From contig OY761460.1 in assembly GCA_963664565.1 (NCBI GenBank), forward strand, positions 4,615,104 to 4,679,103: 64,000 nucleotides of DNA, read 5' to 3'. The DNA comes from Prolixibacteraceae bacterium. GTDB taxonomy: Bacteria > Bacteroidota > Bacteroidia > Bacteroidales > Prolixibacteraceae. This document shows, in pieces, positions 49,918-61,124 of this stretch. The notes below the pieces were generated by a model that did not search any database, was not told where the DNA came from, and saw only the letters and a list, made by a program, of their open reading frames with translations. The number at the start of each line of letters is the position of its first letter. Positions within the stretch are counted from its first letter, which is position 1. The translations under genes and the position numbers were made by a program.

Positions 49918-51252
49918 ATGATAACTATGAAAAGGGCTTGCTGGTATTCATTTCTGTTTGTTTTTCTGATCAAACTATCTGACGCACAGAATCCGATCTG
50001 TCCACCGGGAGTTTACATTGCCGACCCGACAGCCCGTGTATGGACTGACGGAAAAGTATATGTGTATGGCTCGCGCGACGAGAGTCGGGATCGCTATTGC
50101 TCATGGCGATACGATGTGCTGTCATCATACGATTTGGGAACATGGCAGTTAACCTCTAATAGTTTTGCTTCGAGAGGTGCAGGTGATGCAGTACCATACT
50201 GCGATGATTTGTTGTATGCGCCTGATTGTATGTATAAAGATGGGAAATACTACCTTTATTATTGTCTGGCCAACCATACACAAACCGAAGGTGTAGCTAG
50301 TTCTGATTCTCCGAAAGGTCCATTTCTGAACGGTACAAACATCAATCTTGGAGAATATCGGCAAATAGACCCCGCTGTATTTATTGATGACGATGGACAG
50401 GGTTATTATGTATGGGGACAGTTCAGTGCAAAAATGGCAAAACTCCGACCCAATATGACCGAAGTTGATCTTTCCACTGTAAAAAGTGATGTAATTACGG
50501 AAAAGGAACATTTCTTTCACGAGGGAGTGTATATGATTAAACGCCAGGGAATTTATTATCTCATTTATGCTCACATGGGCCGCGGCGGAAGACCTACCTG
50601 TCTGGGATATTCGATGAGTAAATCGCCTATGGGACCATACAAATACGGCGGAGTCATTATCGACAATGATCATTGTGATCCGGGAAACTGGAACAATCAC
50701 GGTTCGGTGGTCGAATTTAAAAATCAATGGTACGTGTTTTACCATCGGGCAACTCATGGATGTAACACAATGCGCAAAACCTGTGTTGAGCCAATTACCT
50801 TTAATGCTGATGGTACCATCAACGAGGTGGAAATGACTTCGCAGGGAGCCAGTAAATCATTGAATCCTTTATTGACGATAGAAGCGGAGCGTACCTGTTT
50901 ACTATATGGGAATGTTCGCATTCAGGCATTTTCCGAAAATGAGGAAGAACTTGGGAAAATTCAGAATGGAGATAAAGCGGCCTATAAATACATCGATTTC
51001 TCTGAAAACGTTAAACGTTTTTCCGTGCGCGTTGCTACAGGAACTAAACCTGGAAAAATAGATGTTGCCCTTGACAATATCTGGGGCCCAACAATCGGGA
51101 CAATTAATGTTCCCGGAGGTGGTAATTTGAATGTTTGGCAGACGATTACCTGCCCCGTTTCGGTCGTTTCCGGGACAAGAGCCATCTGGCTCCGATTCAG
51201 CGGCGAAGGCGACGATATTTTTCACATAGATAGTTTTAAGTTTGAAAAATAA
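49918..51252 (+). CDS. GH43 glycoside hydrolase with C-terminal CBM6
   Basis: ADPTARV, LYAPD, IDPAVFIDDDG, FHEG, NNHGS; C-terminal IEAE...YKYIDF...W CBM6-like. Confidence 0.88.
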   Translation: MITMKRACWYSFLFVFLIKLSDAQNPICPPGVYIADPTARVWTDGKVYVYGSRDESRDRYCSWRYDVLSSYDLGTWQLTSNSFASRGAGDAVPYCDDLLYAPDCMYKDGKYYLYYCLANHTQTEGVASSDSPKGPFLNGTNINLGEYRQIDPAVFIDDDGQGYYVWGQFSAKMAKLRPNMTEVDLSTVKSDVITEKEHFFHEGVYMIKRQGIYYLIYAHMGRGGRPTCLGYSMSKSPMGPYKYGGVIIDNDHCDPGNWNNHGSVVEFKNQWYVFYHRATHGCNTMRKTCVEPITFNADGTINEVEMTSQGASKSLNPLLTIEAERTCLLYGNVRIQAFSENEEELGKIQNGDKAAYKYIDFSENVKRFSVRVATGTKPGKIDVALDNIWGPTIGTINVPGGGNLNVWQTITCPVSVVSGTRAIWLRFSGEGDDIFHIDSFKFEK

Positions 51253-51376
51253 TCTGAATCTCTATCAAAATCTGAGATTCAAGGCTTCTTTTGACCGATA
51301 TTTGATATGTTTTATGTAAAATAAAAGTGTTTAAATCATTGAATTTAAGCACTTTTTTATTTTTATACTTCTGCCT

Positions 51377-51423
51377 GTGCACCCAAACGGAGAAATATCG
51401 AACTTTTTGCCTGAAGATTTTGA
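51377..51423 (+). repeat. Dispersed direct repeat copy 2 (att-like)
   Basis: gtgcacccaaacggagaaatatcgaactttttgcctgaagattttga, preceded by the IR aaaagtgtttaaat...atttaagcactttt. Confidence 0.7.
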
Positions 51424-51826
51424 AGCTACGCTGAAGTTTAGTGAGACGCATAATCAGAACAGAAAACTCAAAATGTAAGCATGCCCCTTATGAACTCATC
51501 ATTGACTTTTTCGGATCAATCAAACTTAAATTGACGATTAAAATTAGCTATATTTTTAAATCCAGAATCATATACAATTCCTGAGACATTCATTGAGCCT
51601 TCAGCGAGTAATTTACATGCATATCCGATTCTAACATTCAATAAATAATCTTTAAACGGCATCATGAATGTTTTTTTTAAGCCGGATAGAAGGATGAGTT
51701 ATCTACTTTTTAATCGTGTTAACTCAACTTTTATTTATTATCAACTTTTCTTTAAATGACAAAAAAAAGTATTTATTTTGGATACGGGGTTTAAATCGAA
51801 TAATATCATTATTAATTTTTTTGCGA

Positions 51827-52465
51827 ATGAATGTATTTTACCAGGATTCGGAAATTGAATTTGGTAATGGAGAAAAACTTGCTATGCGGGATTTCTTTCT
51901 TGCAAATTATTCTGTTTTGTGTTCGTTTGCGTCTAAATATATTCTGGAAAAAGTTCATTGTGAGGATATTGTCCAAGATGTTTTTGTTTCATATTGGGAA
52001 AAAAGAAGGAGTTTTCCCAATATTTATTCACTGAAATCATTTTTCTATACATCAGTCCGGAATTCTTGTCTCGATTATTTGAAACACCAGAAGGTGAAAG
52101 AAAGATATCGCGAAAGAAATAGTGATAAGGAAGAGACAAATGAATCGTTCCTTGAGGAAGTTATTCGTAATGAGGCATATAGTGTGATTTATCAGGAGAT
52201 TAACAAGCTTCCACCTATGGGCAAAAAGGTTCTTTTATTGTCGTTGAGTGGTAATTCGAATGAAGAAATCGCCGGAATTTTGGGAATTGCTATAAACACG
52301 GTAAAAACCCACAAAGCCAGAGCTTATCAGGTATTGCGGAAAAAATTGACTGATTTTGTGCTATTATCCTTGTTATTCAACAGTAAACAAAACTTTTTTG
52401 TTCATCATAATGTTAACTTGTTGAATAATCAGAGTCGTTGTTTTCAGGACTTGTCAGCCGGATAG
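51827..52465 (+). CDS. ECF RNA polymerase sigma factor
   Basis: EDIVQDVF, SVRNSCLDYLKH, SNEEIAGILGIAINTVKTHK; start at the ATG at 51827. Confidence 0.9.
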   Translation: MNVFYQDSEIEFGNGEKLAMRDFFLANYSVLCSFASKYILEKVHCEDIVQDVFVSYWEKRRSFPNIYSLKSFFYTSVRNSCLDYLKHQKVKERYRERNSDKEETNESFLEEVIRNEAYSVIYQEINKLPPMGKKVLLLSLSGNSNEEIAGILGIAINTVKTHKARAYQVLRKKLTDFVLLSLLFNSKQNFFVHHNVNLLNNQSRCFQDLSAG

Positions 52466-52745
52466 AAACTCAGACAAGGTTATTGTTGTTGATCGTTAAA
52501 AAACAATCCGAAAAAATTCCTGTATTATCAAGAAGTTTAATCCACACATTTTATATTTATGAATTGAGCTGCATTTTTTGCATATTCATCGAGAAATTGC
52601 CCCCAGCATCATCCATATTCCATTGTTTATTTTCATTTACTGGTATAAGCGTTTAGACCTCCCAACTTAAACTACAGATTGTGTGATCTTTAATTTAACG
52701 ACAAGACTCAAATATCCAGATAAATGGCATTTCAATACACAAAAT

Positions 52746-52918
52746 CTCAACCTTATCAGGGTTGCAGAATGTAACCAATGAACCGGGAACCCCGCAGGGG
52801 TTCAATAGTAATACCCTATAATTCAACCCTTTCAGGGTTGTTACGCCTGAGTATTTTGCATCCCCCGGTGAAGTGAAACGTAACCGGGGGTCAATCACAG
52901 TCAACTCCTTCGAGTTGA
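52746..52918. repeat. REP-like cluster (aacc...cagggtt / aaccccgcaggggtt hairpins)
   Basis: caaccttatcagggttg, aaccccgcaggggtt, caaccctttcagggttg, cccccggt...accggggg. Confidence 0.65.
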
Positions 52919-53234
52919 AATTTGATTTTGACACTGCGAATTAATGCGGTTTAAACGCTTATGCCAATTCATTTATTTCCAGGTAATCTCAGAATATGTG
53001 TTAAATAATGCTGAAAATCAATTATTTATATAAATCTTCCAAAAAATAATATTTCTATGTAGTTCTTATTCATTTTCGCGTCGTTACTAGTGCATAGTAA
53101 AGAACAATAAAAGTGAATAGATGAAACGACCATGACAAATCCTTTCTCTCACAGGAAAATGATTATTGGGAGTTCTCCCGATATACATCGGGACAGGCTA
53201 TGTGGCAAATAAAAAACAATTATAAACACATGAA

Positions 53235-54239
53235 ATGAGTGTTTTTGAGTCAATAAAAAAGGGATCAGTTATTGGAAGATATTTGACTGGAAAGGAATCG
53301 GAAGATGATCGTCAGGAATTGAAAAATTGGTTAGAGGAAGATGAAGCCAATAGAGAGTTGTTGCGGGAGATAAACAATGAGAAAAACATTTCATCTGCAA
53401 TTGAATTATACGATTCATTTAACGGTTATGCCGCATGGAAAAAATACATGCACATACGTTCCTTATCTTCTTACCGTAAAATTATAATCAGATGGCAGGT
53501 TGCTGCTGTATTTTTCTTTTTGGTGGGTTGTGGTGGCATCATTGCATATCTGACTAATACTTCAGGAGGTCGGAGTTTTACTACCGTATCAACAAATAAA
53601 GGCCAAAATTCTAAGATTACATTGCCCGACGGATCAATTGTTTGGGTAAGTTCGGGTACTACTTTATCATATAATACCAATTTCGGAGAGAAAGAAAGGT
53701 CGATAAAACTAAGCGGAGAAGCGTTCTTCGAAATTGCAAAAAATAAGGATAAACCCTTGGTTGTAGATTGTAATAGCTTAAAAGTGAAAGTTTTAGGTAC
53801 TAAATTTGATGTTTCGGCTTATCCCGAGGATCAAAGTGTTGATGTGGTGTTGGAATCTGGTAGTGTGGAACTTACCTCTGCCACTGATCAATCGCTAAAG
53901 AAACAATTAGTTCCCGGCGAAATGGCCCGGTTTGATGTTGTTCGGAAAGAACTGGCTGTCAGTAGAGATGCGAATTACAAGTTTACATCCTGGAAAGATG
54001 GTATATTGATTTTCAGGAACGATTCGATGGATGAAGTCCTCAAAAAACTCGGACGTTGGTATAATATTGACATACAAGTGGATAACCCACAAATTGATCA
54101 GTTGATTTTCAATGCAACAATAGTAAATGAAAATGTAGAGGATATCTTCGATCTAATTAAGTTCTCCTGCGGAATAAATTATAAGATCATTCGGAGCGAT
54201 AATCCGGCTATTCCTGTAAAAGTAATTCTAACAAAATAA
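53235..54239 (+). CDS. fecR: FecR-family anti-sigma factor
   Basis: LPDGSIVWV, GEAFFEI, VLGTKFDVSAY, SWKDG. Confidence 0.92.
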   Translation: MSVFESIKKGSVIGRYLTGKESEDDRQELKNWLEEDEANRELLREINNEKNISSAIELYDSFNGYAAWKKYMHIRSLSSYRKIIIRWQVAAVFFFLVGCGGIIAYLTNTSGGRSFTTVSTNKGQNSKITLPDGSIVWVSSGTTLSYNTNFGEKERSIKLSGEAFFEIAKNKDKPLVVDCNSLKVKVLGTKFDVSAYPEDQSVDVVLESGSVELTSATDQSLKKQLVPGEMARFDVVRKELAVSRDANYKFTSWKDGILIFRNDSMDEVLKKLGRWYNIDIQVDNPQIDQLIFNATIVNENVEDIFDLIKFSCGINYKIIRSDNPAIPVKVILTK

Positions 54240-54409
54240 CTAACTGAATCAATTAAGATCAAAAAAAACTATTGCCTATGAAAAAAAACTTTCGTTGTAA
54301 AGAATAAAGGAGATGCGTCAACATCTCCCTTAATTCTGAAAAGCCTCATGATTTTCGATACCCGGAGGCGTTACCTAATTTGAATAATAATCCAAATCGT
54401 TACAAACTT

Positions 54410-57400
54410 ATGAAAAAAAAATCTATTTCATCGAATCCTGACCTTTTATGGTTCTGGAAATCAAAATTTGGTATGAAGATGAGAGCTACTATTGTTTTAT
54501 TGTTGGTCTGCGCTGGTCAAATTTTTGCCATTGGTACTTATGCCCAAAACAAGCGCGTTAGCATTAAAATGGCAAATGTTCCCATTAAAAATGTATTGGA
54601 GGCCATTGAAAACCACTCTGAATTCTATTTTATGTATGAGGCTCACAAGGTAAATGTTGAAAAACAAGTGAGTGTATCGGCGGATAATAAGACTGTTCCT
54701 GAAATACTGGACGAAGTATTTGCCAATACTGATATTACTTACAAGATTACAAACAGGCAAATAGCTTTGACTACAGCAACTGAATCTTCCGCGGATCCTC
54801 GGCGGGTGAGTATTTCCGGAAAGGTAACCGATACTGCAGGACTGCCATTGCCCGGAGTTTCCATTGCAATAAAAGGTGGTACAAAAGGAACTATATCGAG
54901 TAGTAATGGTAGTTATACTTTGGCTGATGTGCCTTCTGATGCTACTTTGATCTTTTCTTTCGTTGGTTTGAAATCACAGGAAATTAAAGTGAGTGGAAAA
55001 TCAATAATCAATGTTAAACTCGAAGAAGAAGCTGTTGGATTGGACGAAGTAGTTGCCGTAGGTTACGGTACGATGAAAAAGAGCGACTTAACGGGTGCGC
55101 TTACTTCTATTTCATCTAAATCGCTACAGGAACACCCCATGAACGGTTTTGCGCAGGTATTACAAGGCCGTTCGGCCGGGGTATCGGTAACCAATGCCAA
55201 TGGTGCGCCTGGGGAGATGCCACGTATTCGTATTCGTGGTGCTAACTCGATCAATGGGTCTAACGATCCTTTGTATATTATCGATGGTATTCCCGGGGGG
55301 TCGGATGTGAACCCTTACGAGGTGAAATCGGTCGAAGTTTTGAAAGATGCCTCTGCTACGGCCATTTATGGATCAAGGGGAGCCAATGGCGTCATCCTGA
55401 TCACGACTTTCAGGGGAGACACCAACGCTCCCAAGATTACGGTTTCGTCGAATATTGGTGTTAGTTACATTGGCAAACGTTACGATATGCTCGATGCCGG
55501 CTCGTATGCCGACCTTGTGAATAAGGTTTACGGTAAGGAAATGTACACCTCTTCGCAAATTTCTGCTTTCAAACAAAACGGTGGAACCGATTGGCAGAAA
55601 GAAATTTTCAGCACCGGGTTAAGCCAAAATTACCAGGCAACAGTTTCAGGCGGTGGAGGCAATGTGAGGTATTTGATATCTGGTAATTATGTGAAAGAAG
55701 TTGGTACGCTAGAAACGACCGATCGAGATAAAGCCAGCTTTAGGGCGAATATCAATGCCGATTTTGGCAAACGCCTTTCCATGTCGTTTGATATTACAGC
55801 TGGTACCGGTAATCGGTTTAACGGAGACCTGGGATCAGGTGGAGGAAAATTAAACCCAATTTTGCAAGCGCTGATGTGGTCGCCAACCGAACCAGTTTAT
55901 GGGTCTGATGGAAAATATACCAATGCTGATGCCTATGGCTCTTTGGGCCGTAACCCGGTGTTATGCCTCAAAGAACCTTATCAAAGTGAAAAATCAACTA
56001 GTTTCGGAATAAATAGTAATATTAAATATAAGATAACCAACGATTTGTCGTTTGTTGGAAATATATCGGTTGGTAAAAGCAATGGATATAACCGCGAATA
56101 TACAAGCACGTATTTCCAGAGCAACCCGTACTTGTCGTTAAGCAGTCGTGATGGTTTTGGCTGGCAATTACAGACCCTTTTGAACTACAACAAGAAATTC
56201 CTCGACAAACATAACCTCATGGTAACTCTTGGCTTTGAAGAATCGGCTTCCGAAGGAAGGTCAATGTCGTTGAGCGCAAGCGGTACTAATGTTGACAGTC
56301 CTGCAGCTGATATTTCGCTGGCAGGTTCGCACTCGGTTGGCCAAGGTTATGGCAAAGGCGGTTTGCAATCGTATTTCGGAAGGTTAAACTACAACTACGC
56401 TTCGAAATATTTCCTCACAGCTACTTACCGTGCAGACGGTTCATCGGTATTTACAAAAGAAAACCGTTTTGACTATTTTCCGTCAGTTGGTTTAAGTTGG
56501 ATGATGTCGGAAGAAAATTTCATTAAAGACCTTGGCCTTTTTGACAGACTGAAATTAAGAGGAAGCTGGGGTATTACCGGAAACCAGAGTGGAATTGACG
56601 CTACCACGAAACTTTCGACTTTGAAAACCAATAAATACGACTATGGATCGAGCACCAATTATGCAGGTACCGAACCCAACGGCCCTTCAAATACAACGTT
56701 GAAATGGGAACGAACCACGCAACGCGACATTGGATTGGATGCTTCTTTCTTTAAAAGTAAGTTGAATATAAGCCTGGATTATTTTGACAAAGAGACCAAT
56801 CGTGTTATTTTGAGAAAGAAACTGCCTATTTACGACGGTGAATATACAGTATTCCAAAACCTGGGTCAGGTAAATAATAAAGGGTTTGAGTTTTCTGCCG
56901 ATTACCAGGTTCTTGCTAAAGGTGGATGGGATTGGAACGTTGGATTAAATTTCTCGGTTTTAAAGAACAAAGTGGTTGACTTAGGCGTTGACCCCTATAT
57001 TTTGACAGGCGATTATGGCTCGGGCTTGTTGCCAACCAAAGCGTTTATTATTAAGCCAGGATATGCCATGGGGACTTTCTGGGGCGTAAAATACCTGGGC
57101 TTATGGAGTACCAGCGAAGCTGCCGAAGCCGCTAAATTTGGGGCGCAACCTGGCGACTCTAAATACGAAGACGTGAATGGCGACCATGTAATTAATAACT
57201 CCGATTACCAGATAACTGGTGACGCCAACCCTGATTATTCGTTTGGTGTTAATAGTACAGTTAGCTATAAAAACTTCACTTTGAATGTACTGTTAGAAGG
57301 GGTACAAGGGCGCCAGGTATTAAATGTAATGTATGGTATTGGAACACTGCCTGTTGGCGATGCCCGCACGATCACTATGAAAGATGGCGCCAACATCTGG

Positions 57401-57721
57401 ACAACTTCAAACCAAGGTGCAGCTTTCCCGGCTTTAAGTTCGACAAATGTTAACAACTTGCAGGCCGACAGGTGGTTACAGGATGGTAGCTTTGTTAAGG
57501 TTCGAAACATCAGCTTAGCCTACAACTTTCCAAAGAGTATGATCAAATTTGCTGCAGTAAGATTGTTGGTTAGCGGTCAAAACCTGATAACTTTTACCAA
57601 ATACAAAGGGTACGATCCTGAAGTATCTAACTCGGGAACCAGTGACGTAGAATCCGGTATCGACTTTGGCGCATACCCAACACCTCGTATAATTACTACT
57701 GGTATAACTGTAACCTTCTAA
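54410..57721 (+). CDS. susC: SusC-like TonB-dependent transporter
   Basis: STN-like N-terminus; VVAVGYG; LKDASATAIYGSRGANGVILITT; C-terminal F. Confidence 0.95.
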   Translation: MKKKSISSNPDLLWFWKSKFGMKMRATIVLLLVCAGQIFAIGTYAQNKRVSIKMANVPIKNVLEAIENHSEFYFMYEAHKVNVEKQVSVSADNKTVPEILDEVFANTDITYKITNRQIALTTATESSADPRRVSISGKVTDTAGLPLPGVSIAIKGGTKGTISSSNGSYTLADVPSDATLIFSFVGLKSQEIKVSGKSIINVKLEEEAVGLDEVVAVGYGTMKKSDLTGALTSISSKSLQEHPMNGFAQVLQGRSAGVSVTNANGAPGEMPRIRIRGANSINGSNDPLYIIDGIPGGSDVNPYEVKSVEVLKDASATAIYGSRGANGVILITTFRGDTNAPKITVSSNIGVSYIGKRYDMLDAGSYADLVNKVYGKEMYTSSQISAFKQNGGTDWQKEIFSTGLSQNYQATVSGGGGNVRYLISGNYVKEVGTLETTDRDKASFRANINADFGKRLSMSFDITAGTGNRFNGDLGSGGGKLNPILQALMWSPTEPVYGSDGKYTNADAYGSLGRNPVLCLKEPYQSEKSTSFGINSNIKYKITNDLSFVGNISVGKSNGYNREYTSTYFQSNPYLSLSSRDGFGWQLQTLLNYNKKFLDKHNLMVTLGFEESASEGRSMSLSASGTNVDSPAADISLAGSHSVGQGYGKGGLQSYFGRLNYNYASKYFLTATYRADGSSVFTKENRFDYFPSVGLSWMMSEENFIKDLGLFDRLKLRGSWGITGNQSGIDATTKLSTLKTNKYDYGSSTNYAGTEPNGPSNTTLKWERTTQRDIGLDASFFKSKLNISLDYFDKETNRVILRKKLPIYDGEYTVFQNLGQVNNKGFEFSADYQVLAKGGWDWNVGLNFSVLKNKVVDLGVDPYILTGDYGSGLLPTKAFIIKPGYAMGTFWGVKYLGLWSTSEAAEAAKFGAQPGDSKYEDVNGDHVINNSDYQITGDANPDYSFGVNSTVSYKNFTLNVLLEGVQGRQVLNVMYGIGTLPVGDARTITMKDGANIWTTSNQGAAFPALSSTNVNNLQADRWLQDGSFVKVRNISLAYNFPKSMIKFAAVRLLVSGQNLITFTKYKGYDPEVSNSGTSDVESGIDFGAYPTPRIITTGITVTF

Positions 57722-57732
57722 AAATTAACAAC

Positions 57733-59205
57733 ATGAAAAAATATATATCTATTCTGTTTTTTATCGGGGCACTTTTTTCCTGTAATACATTAGACGAAAA
57801 GTTTGAAAGTATAACTTCAGCTCAAACTTACTACACCACCGATACCCAACTTTCGGATGCTTGTCATACCATTTATTATCATATCTGTGATTTGTCTGAC
57901 CGTACCTGTAGGTTCAATACCATTTGCCTTGCAGCCAATGATGTTACCACAAGTTCTTCGCTTAAAGATTTGGTCGAATTTGAAACTTTTGCACCTTCAG
58001 GTTCAAACGTGATGTTGAAATACTATTGGGGCGGTTACTACAAAACAATAATCGCATGCAACAACATCATTGTCAACTCGTCGAAAGTGCCCGATTCGGA
58101 TGTGAAAAAAGTAGCTTTGGGCCAAGCTTATTTCGGACGTGCCTGGATGTATTTCTGGCTGGTGCGTATGCACAACCGGATTCCTTTCTTCCTTGATATT
58201 GATACGCATCCAAACATTGGACTTACTGATGCAAAAGATGTTTATGCTCAGATTGTTGAAGACTTAAAAAAAGCAGAAGAATACCTGCCCGACAATTATA
58301 CCGATTACCGGGCCAAAATTGCTTTTAACAAAGGTGCTGCAAAATCGGTTTTATCTCTGGTTTACCTAACAATGGCCGGATACCCGGTTAAAGACCAATC
58401 GAAATATGCTTTAGCTGCTGCCAAAGCAAAAGAAGTTATTGACAATGCCGGCAAATGGGGCTATAAACTTTTACCCAATTTTGCCGATTTGTGGAAGAAT
58501 GTTCGTTTCAACGATGAAACTATTCTTGGATATTATTTCAACAATAACAATGGCGTATCAAGCCAAAGCGCACCGTACCCTGGTCAGCCAACCGAATGGA
58601 CAGGCTGGGATTACTATTTTGCTGAACTGAACTTCTACAAAAAATTCCCTGCCGGACCAAGAAAGGATGCTACTTTCGAAACAGCCTATCCTGTAAAAAA
58701 TTCGGATGGAACGACTTCTATAGTCGATTATACCAAACTGAAACAAAAACACCCATACTACAAAAAAATGTGGGATCACGATGGTATGAACTGGCAAAAA
58801 CCCTGGGAATATAACGATTGGACAAGTAGCCGTACCACAATTGCCATGCGCTATGCCGAGGTATTGTTGATTTATGCTGAAGCACAAGCCATGTCGGCTT
58901 CGCCCGATGCGTCGGCTTATGCAGCTATCAATCAGGTTCGCACAAGAGCAGGGCTTCCAAATCTCGACGCTGGATTAAGCCAAACAGCATTCCGCGATGC
59001 CGTTATCGCCGAACGCTCCTGGGAATTTGCCGGTATCGAAGCTAATGGTAGCAACTGGTTCGACCTGGTTCGTACCGAAACCGTCGAAAAGGCTGCTTCT
59101 GATCGCGATGCTTCTGAAATTCAGATTTTAACTCCTCCAACAAAAGATCGGTATTTTGCTCCGATTCCGGATAATGATATTTTGTTGAATCCTAATTTGA
59201 AATAG
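57733..59205 (+). CDS. susD: SusD/RagB lipoprotein
   Basis: Lipobox LFSC; MRYAEVLLIYAEA; ERSWEFAG; WFDLVR. Confidence 0.94.
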   Translation: MKKYISILFFIGALFSCNTLDEKFESITSAQTYYTTDTQLSDACHTIYYHICDLSDRTCRFNTICLAANDVTTSSSLKDLVEFETFAPSGSNVMLKYYWGGYYKTIIACNNIIVNSSKVPDSDVKKVALGQAYFGRAWMYFWLVRMHNRIPFFLDIDTHPNIGLTDAKDVYAQIVEDLKKAEEYLPDNYTDYRAKIAFNKGAAKSVLSLVYLTMAGYPVKDQSKYALAAAKAKEVIDNAGKWGYKLLPNFADLWKNVRFNDETILGYYFNNNNGVSSQSAPYPGQPTEWTGWDYYFAELNFYKKFPAGPRKDATFETAYPVKNSDGTTSIVDYTKLKQKHPYYKKMWDHDGMNWQKPWEYNDWTSSRTTIAMRYAEVLLIYAEAQAMSASPDASAYAAINQVRTRAGLPNLDAGLSQTAFRDAVIAERSWEFAGIEANGSNWFDLVRTETVEKAASDRDASEIQILTPPTKDRYFAPIPDNDILLNPNLK

Positions 59206-59213
59206 TGCTATAA

Positions 59214-59254
59214 TTAAAGAGCCAGGTATTATTATTTGCAACCTGGCTCTTTAA
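59214..59254 (+). terminator. Stem-loop after susD
   Basis: ttaaagagccaggt...acctggctctttaa. Confidence 0.55.
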
Positions 59255-59575
59255 AATTTATGTATCAGGTATGGCAGCAGTTGTTTACTTTCTTTGGTTC
59301 TGATCATTTTGAAAGGACAACGGGCTGCTTTTTTGTGCTATTGTTTGGGCAATAAGCTCTGTTTAGTGATTATAATTTTTTTTGAATTACAGTGAGGTTT
59401 GCTTACAAGCCTTTAGTCTCATCAACCTGAACTTCCCGTACGACGGATCAGACGGGGTTTTAAAAATTTCGTTCCATAGAATGACTAATCCCGAAATAAA
59501 TTCAGGCGAACCAAATTCCTATTGATCTTGGCTTTTGGGGACAGCTTCACTATAAACAACTCAACGGTACCAACC

Positions 59576-60949
59576 ATGTCAGAAAATAGTAAAATTGATA
59601 GAAGAAAATTTATTGGCAATAGCGCCAGGCTAATTGCTGCGACTTCGATTATGCCAATTTATTCGTTTTCAGAGAATAATGAAAATACGAAAATTTCAAA
59701 ATCAAGTGTTAAAACAAGGCTCGCGATTGTAGGAACAGGTTCACGCGGGTCAACAACCTGGGGTAAACCTGTTGTAGATGCTTATCCCGATCGGGTTGAA
59801 ATGGTGGCTTTGTGCGATATTAATATTAAACGTGCCGAAGCGGCCAATAAAATTATAGGAGCCAATTCGAAATTGTATGATGCTAAAGATTTTGACCGGA
59901 TGATACTGGAAACAAAGCCTGATATAGTGATAGTTACAACTACCGACGGTTTCCATGAAAAGTACATTATTCGGGCAATGGAACTAGGGTGCGATGTGAT
60001 CTCCGAAAAGCCTATTGCTATTGAAGCCGATCAATGCCAGCGCATTGCCGAAGCTGAAGTTCGAACGGGGCGTAAAATCATCGTTGGATTTAACGACCGC
60101 CATACAATTAACTCTATGGAAACCAAGAGAATATTAATGTCGGGAGAATTGGGGAAAATCCTTGCTGTCGATTTCCATGAATACCTCGATGTTTCGCATG
60201 GAGCCGAATATTACAGAAGATGGCATGGTAAAAGAAGATATTCAGGCACTCTGTTGTTGCACAAAGCATCGCACCATTTCGATGTTGTCAATTGGTTTGT
60301 TGATGCCGATCCTGTTGATGTACATGCAATAGGGAAGTTGTCGTATTACGGCCATAACAATCCGTTCAGAGGGCGTAATTGCCGCACCTGCCAGTGTACA
60401 GCCAGGTGCCCGTATTACTGGGATATGACCAAAGACCAGGAGGCTATGGCGTTGTATGGCAACTGCGAGGATATTGATGGCTATTACCGTGATGGCTGCT
60501 TGTGGGACAACGAGATCGATATTTACGATACCAGTTCGGTTCATGTTAATTACGAAAATGGGACACAACTTACCTACAGTATGCATACTTTCCTGCCGTA
60601 TGAAGGACAATACATCTGTTTTTCATGTGAGAATGGACGGCTCGATATCCGAATAAATGGCCGTCAGGCATGGAATGCCCCGGATATTGAATTCAGGCTA
60701 TCAAAAAACAAAGGCGAAAGCAAATATTGGACAATGACTCCGCCAAGCGGTGGTCATGGTGGTTCCGATGCCCATTTAAAAGACTCGATCTTTTTGCCAC
60801 CACAGCCCGATCCATTGGGGTGTAAGGCCGGAAGCAGGGCTGGGATCATGTCGAGTCTGGTGGGAATTGCTGCCCGACAGTCGATAGAAACCGGGTTGAC
60901 CGTGAAGATTGCCGACCTGATGAAATTCCCCAATGTTTGGAGAGGATGA
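59576..60949 (+). CDS. Gfo/Idh/MocA-family oxidoreductase with Tat signal
   Basis: DRRKFI twin-Arg; IVGTGSRG; SEKP; HKASHHFD; GHGGSD. Confidence 0.92.
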   Translation: MSENSKIDRRKFIGNSARLIAATSIMPIYSFSENNENTKISKSSVKTRLAIVGTGSRGSTTWGKPVVDAYPDRVEMVALCDINIKRAEAANKIIGANSKLYDAKDFDRMILETKPDIVIVTTTDGFHEKYIIRAMELGCDVISEKPIAIEADQCQRIAEAEVRTGRKIIVGFNDRHTINSMETKRILMSGELGKILAVDFHEYLDVSHGAEYYRRWHGKRRYSGTLLLHKASHHFDVVNWFVDADPVDVHAIGKLSYYGHNNPFRGRNCRTCQCTARCPYYWDMTKDQEAMALYGNCEDIDGYYRDGCLWDNEIDIYDTSSVHVNYENGTQLTYSMHTFLPYEGQYICFSCENGRLDIRINGRQAWNAPDIEFRLSKNKGESKYWTMTPPSGGHGGSDAHLKDSIFLPPQPDPLGCKAGSRAGIMSSLVGIAARQSIETGLTVKIADLMKFPNVWRG

Positions 60950-61124
60950 TAAAAAAATAGTATAGGCGTTTATATGGCACTAAGTTCCAACTTGAATAGC
61001 CTCCTGCTTTAGTTGGAGGCTATTGAAAAGGTTTCCTATCCTTGCTGGCATGGGCCGTCAGGCTAAGGGTGATAATTGGGCTAAAGCCCTTGTGAAATGA
61101 TGATTTTCATGTCCGTTGGCTTTA

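Noticed and set aside
51377-51403. tRNA gene
   Set aside because: Only a loose resemblance to a T-loop/acceptor end; no cloverleaf could be built.
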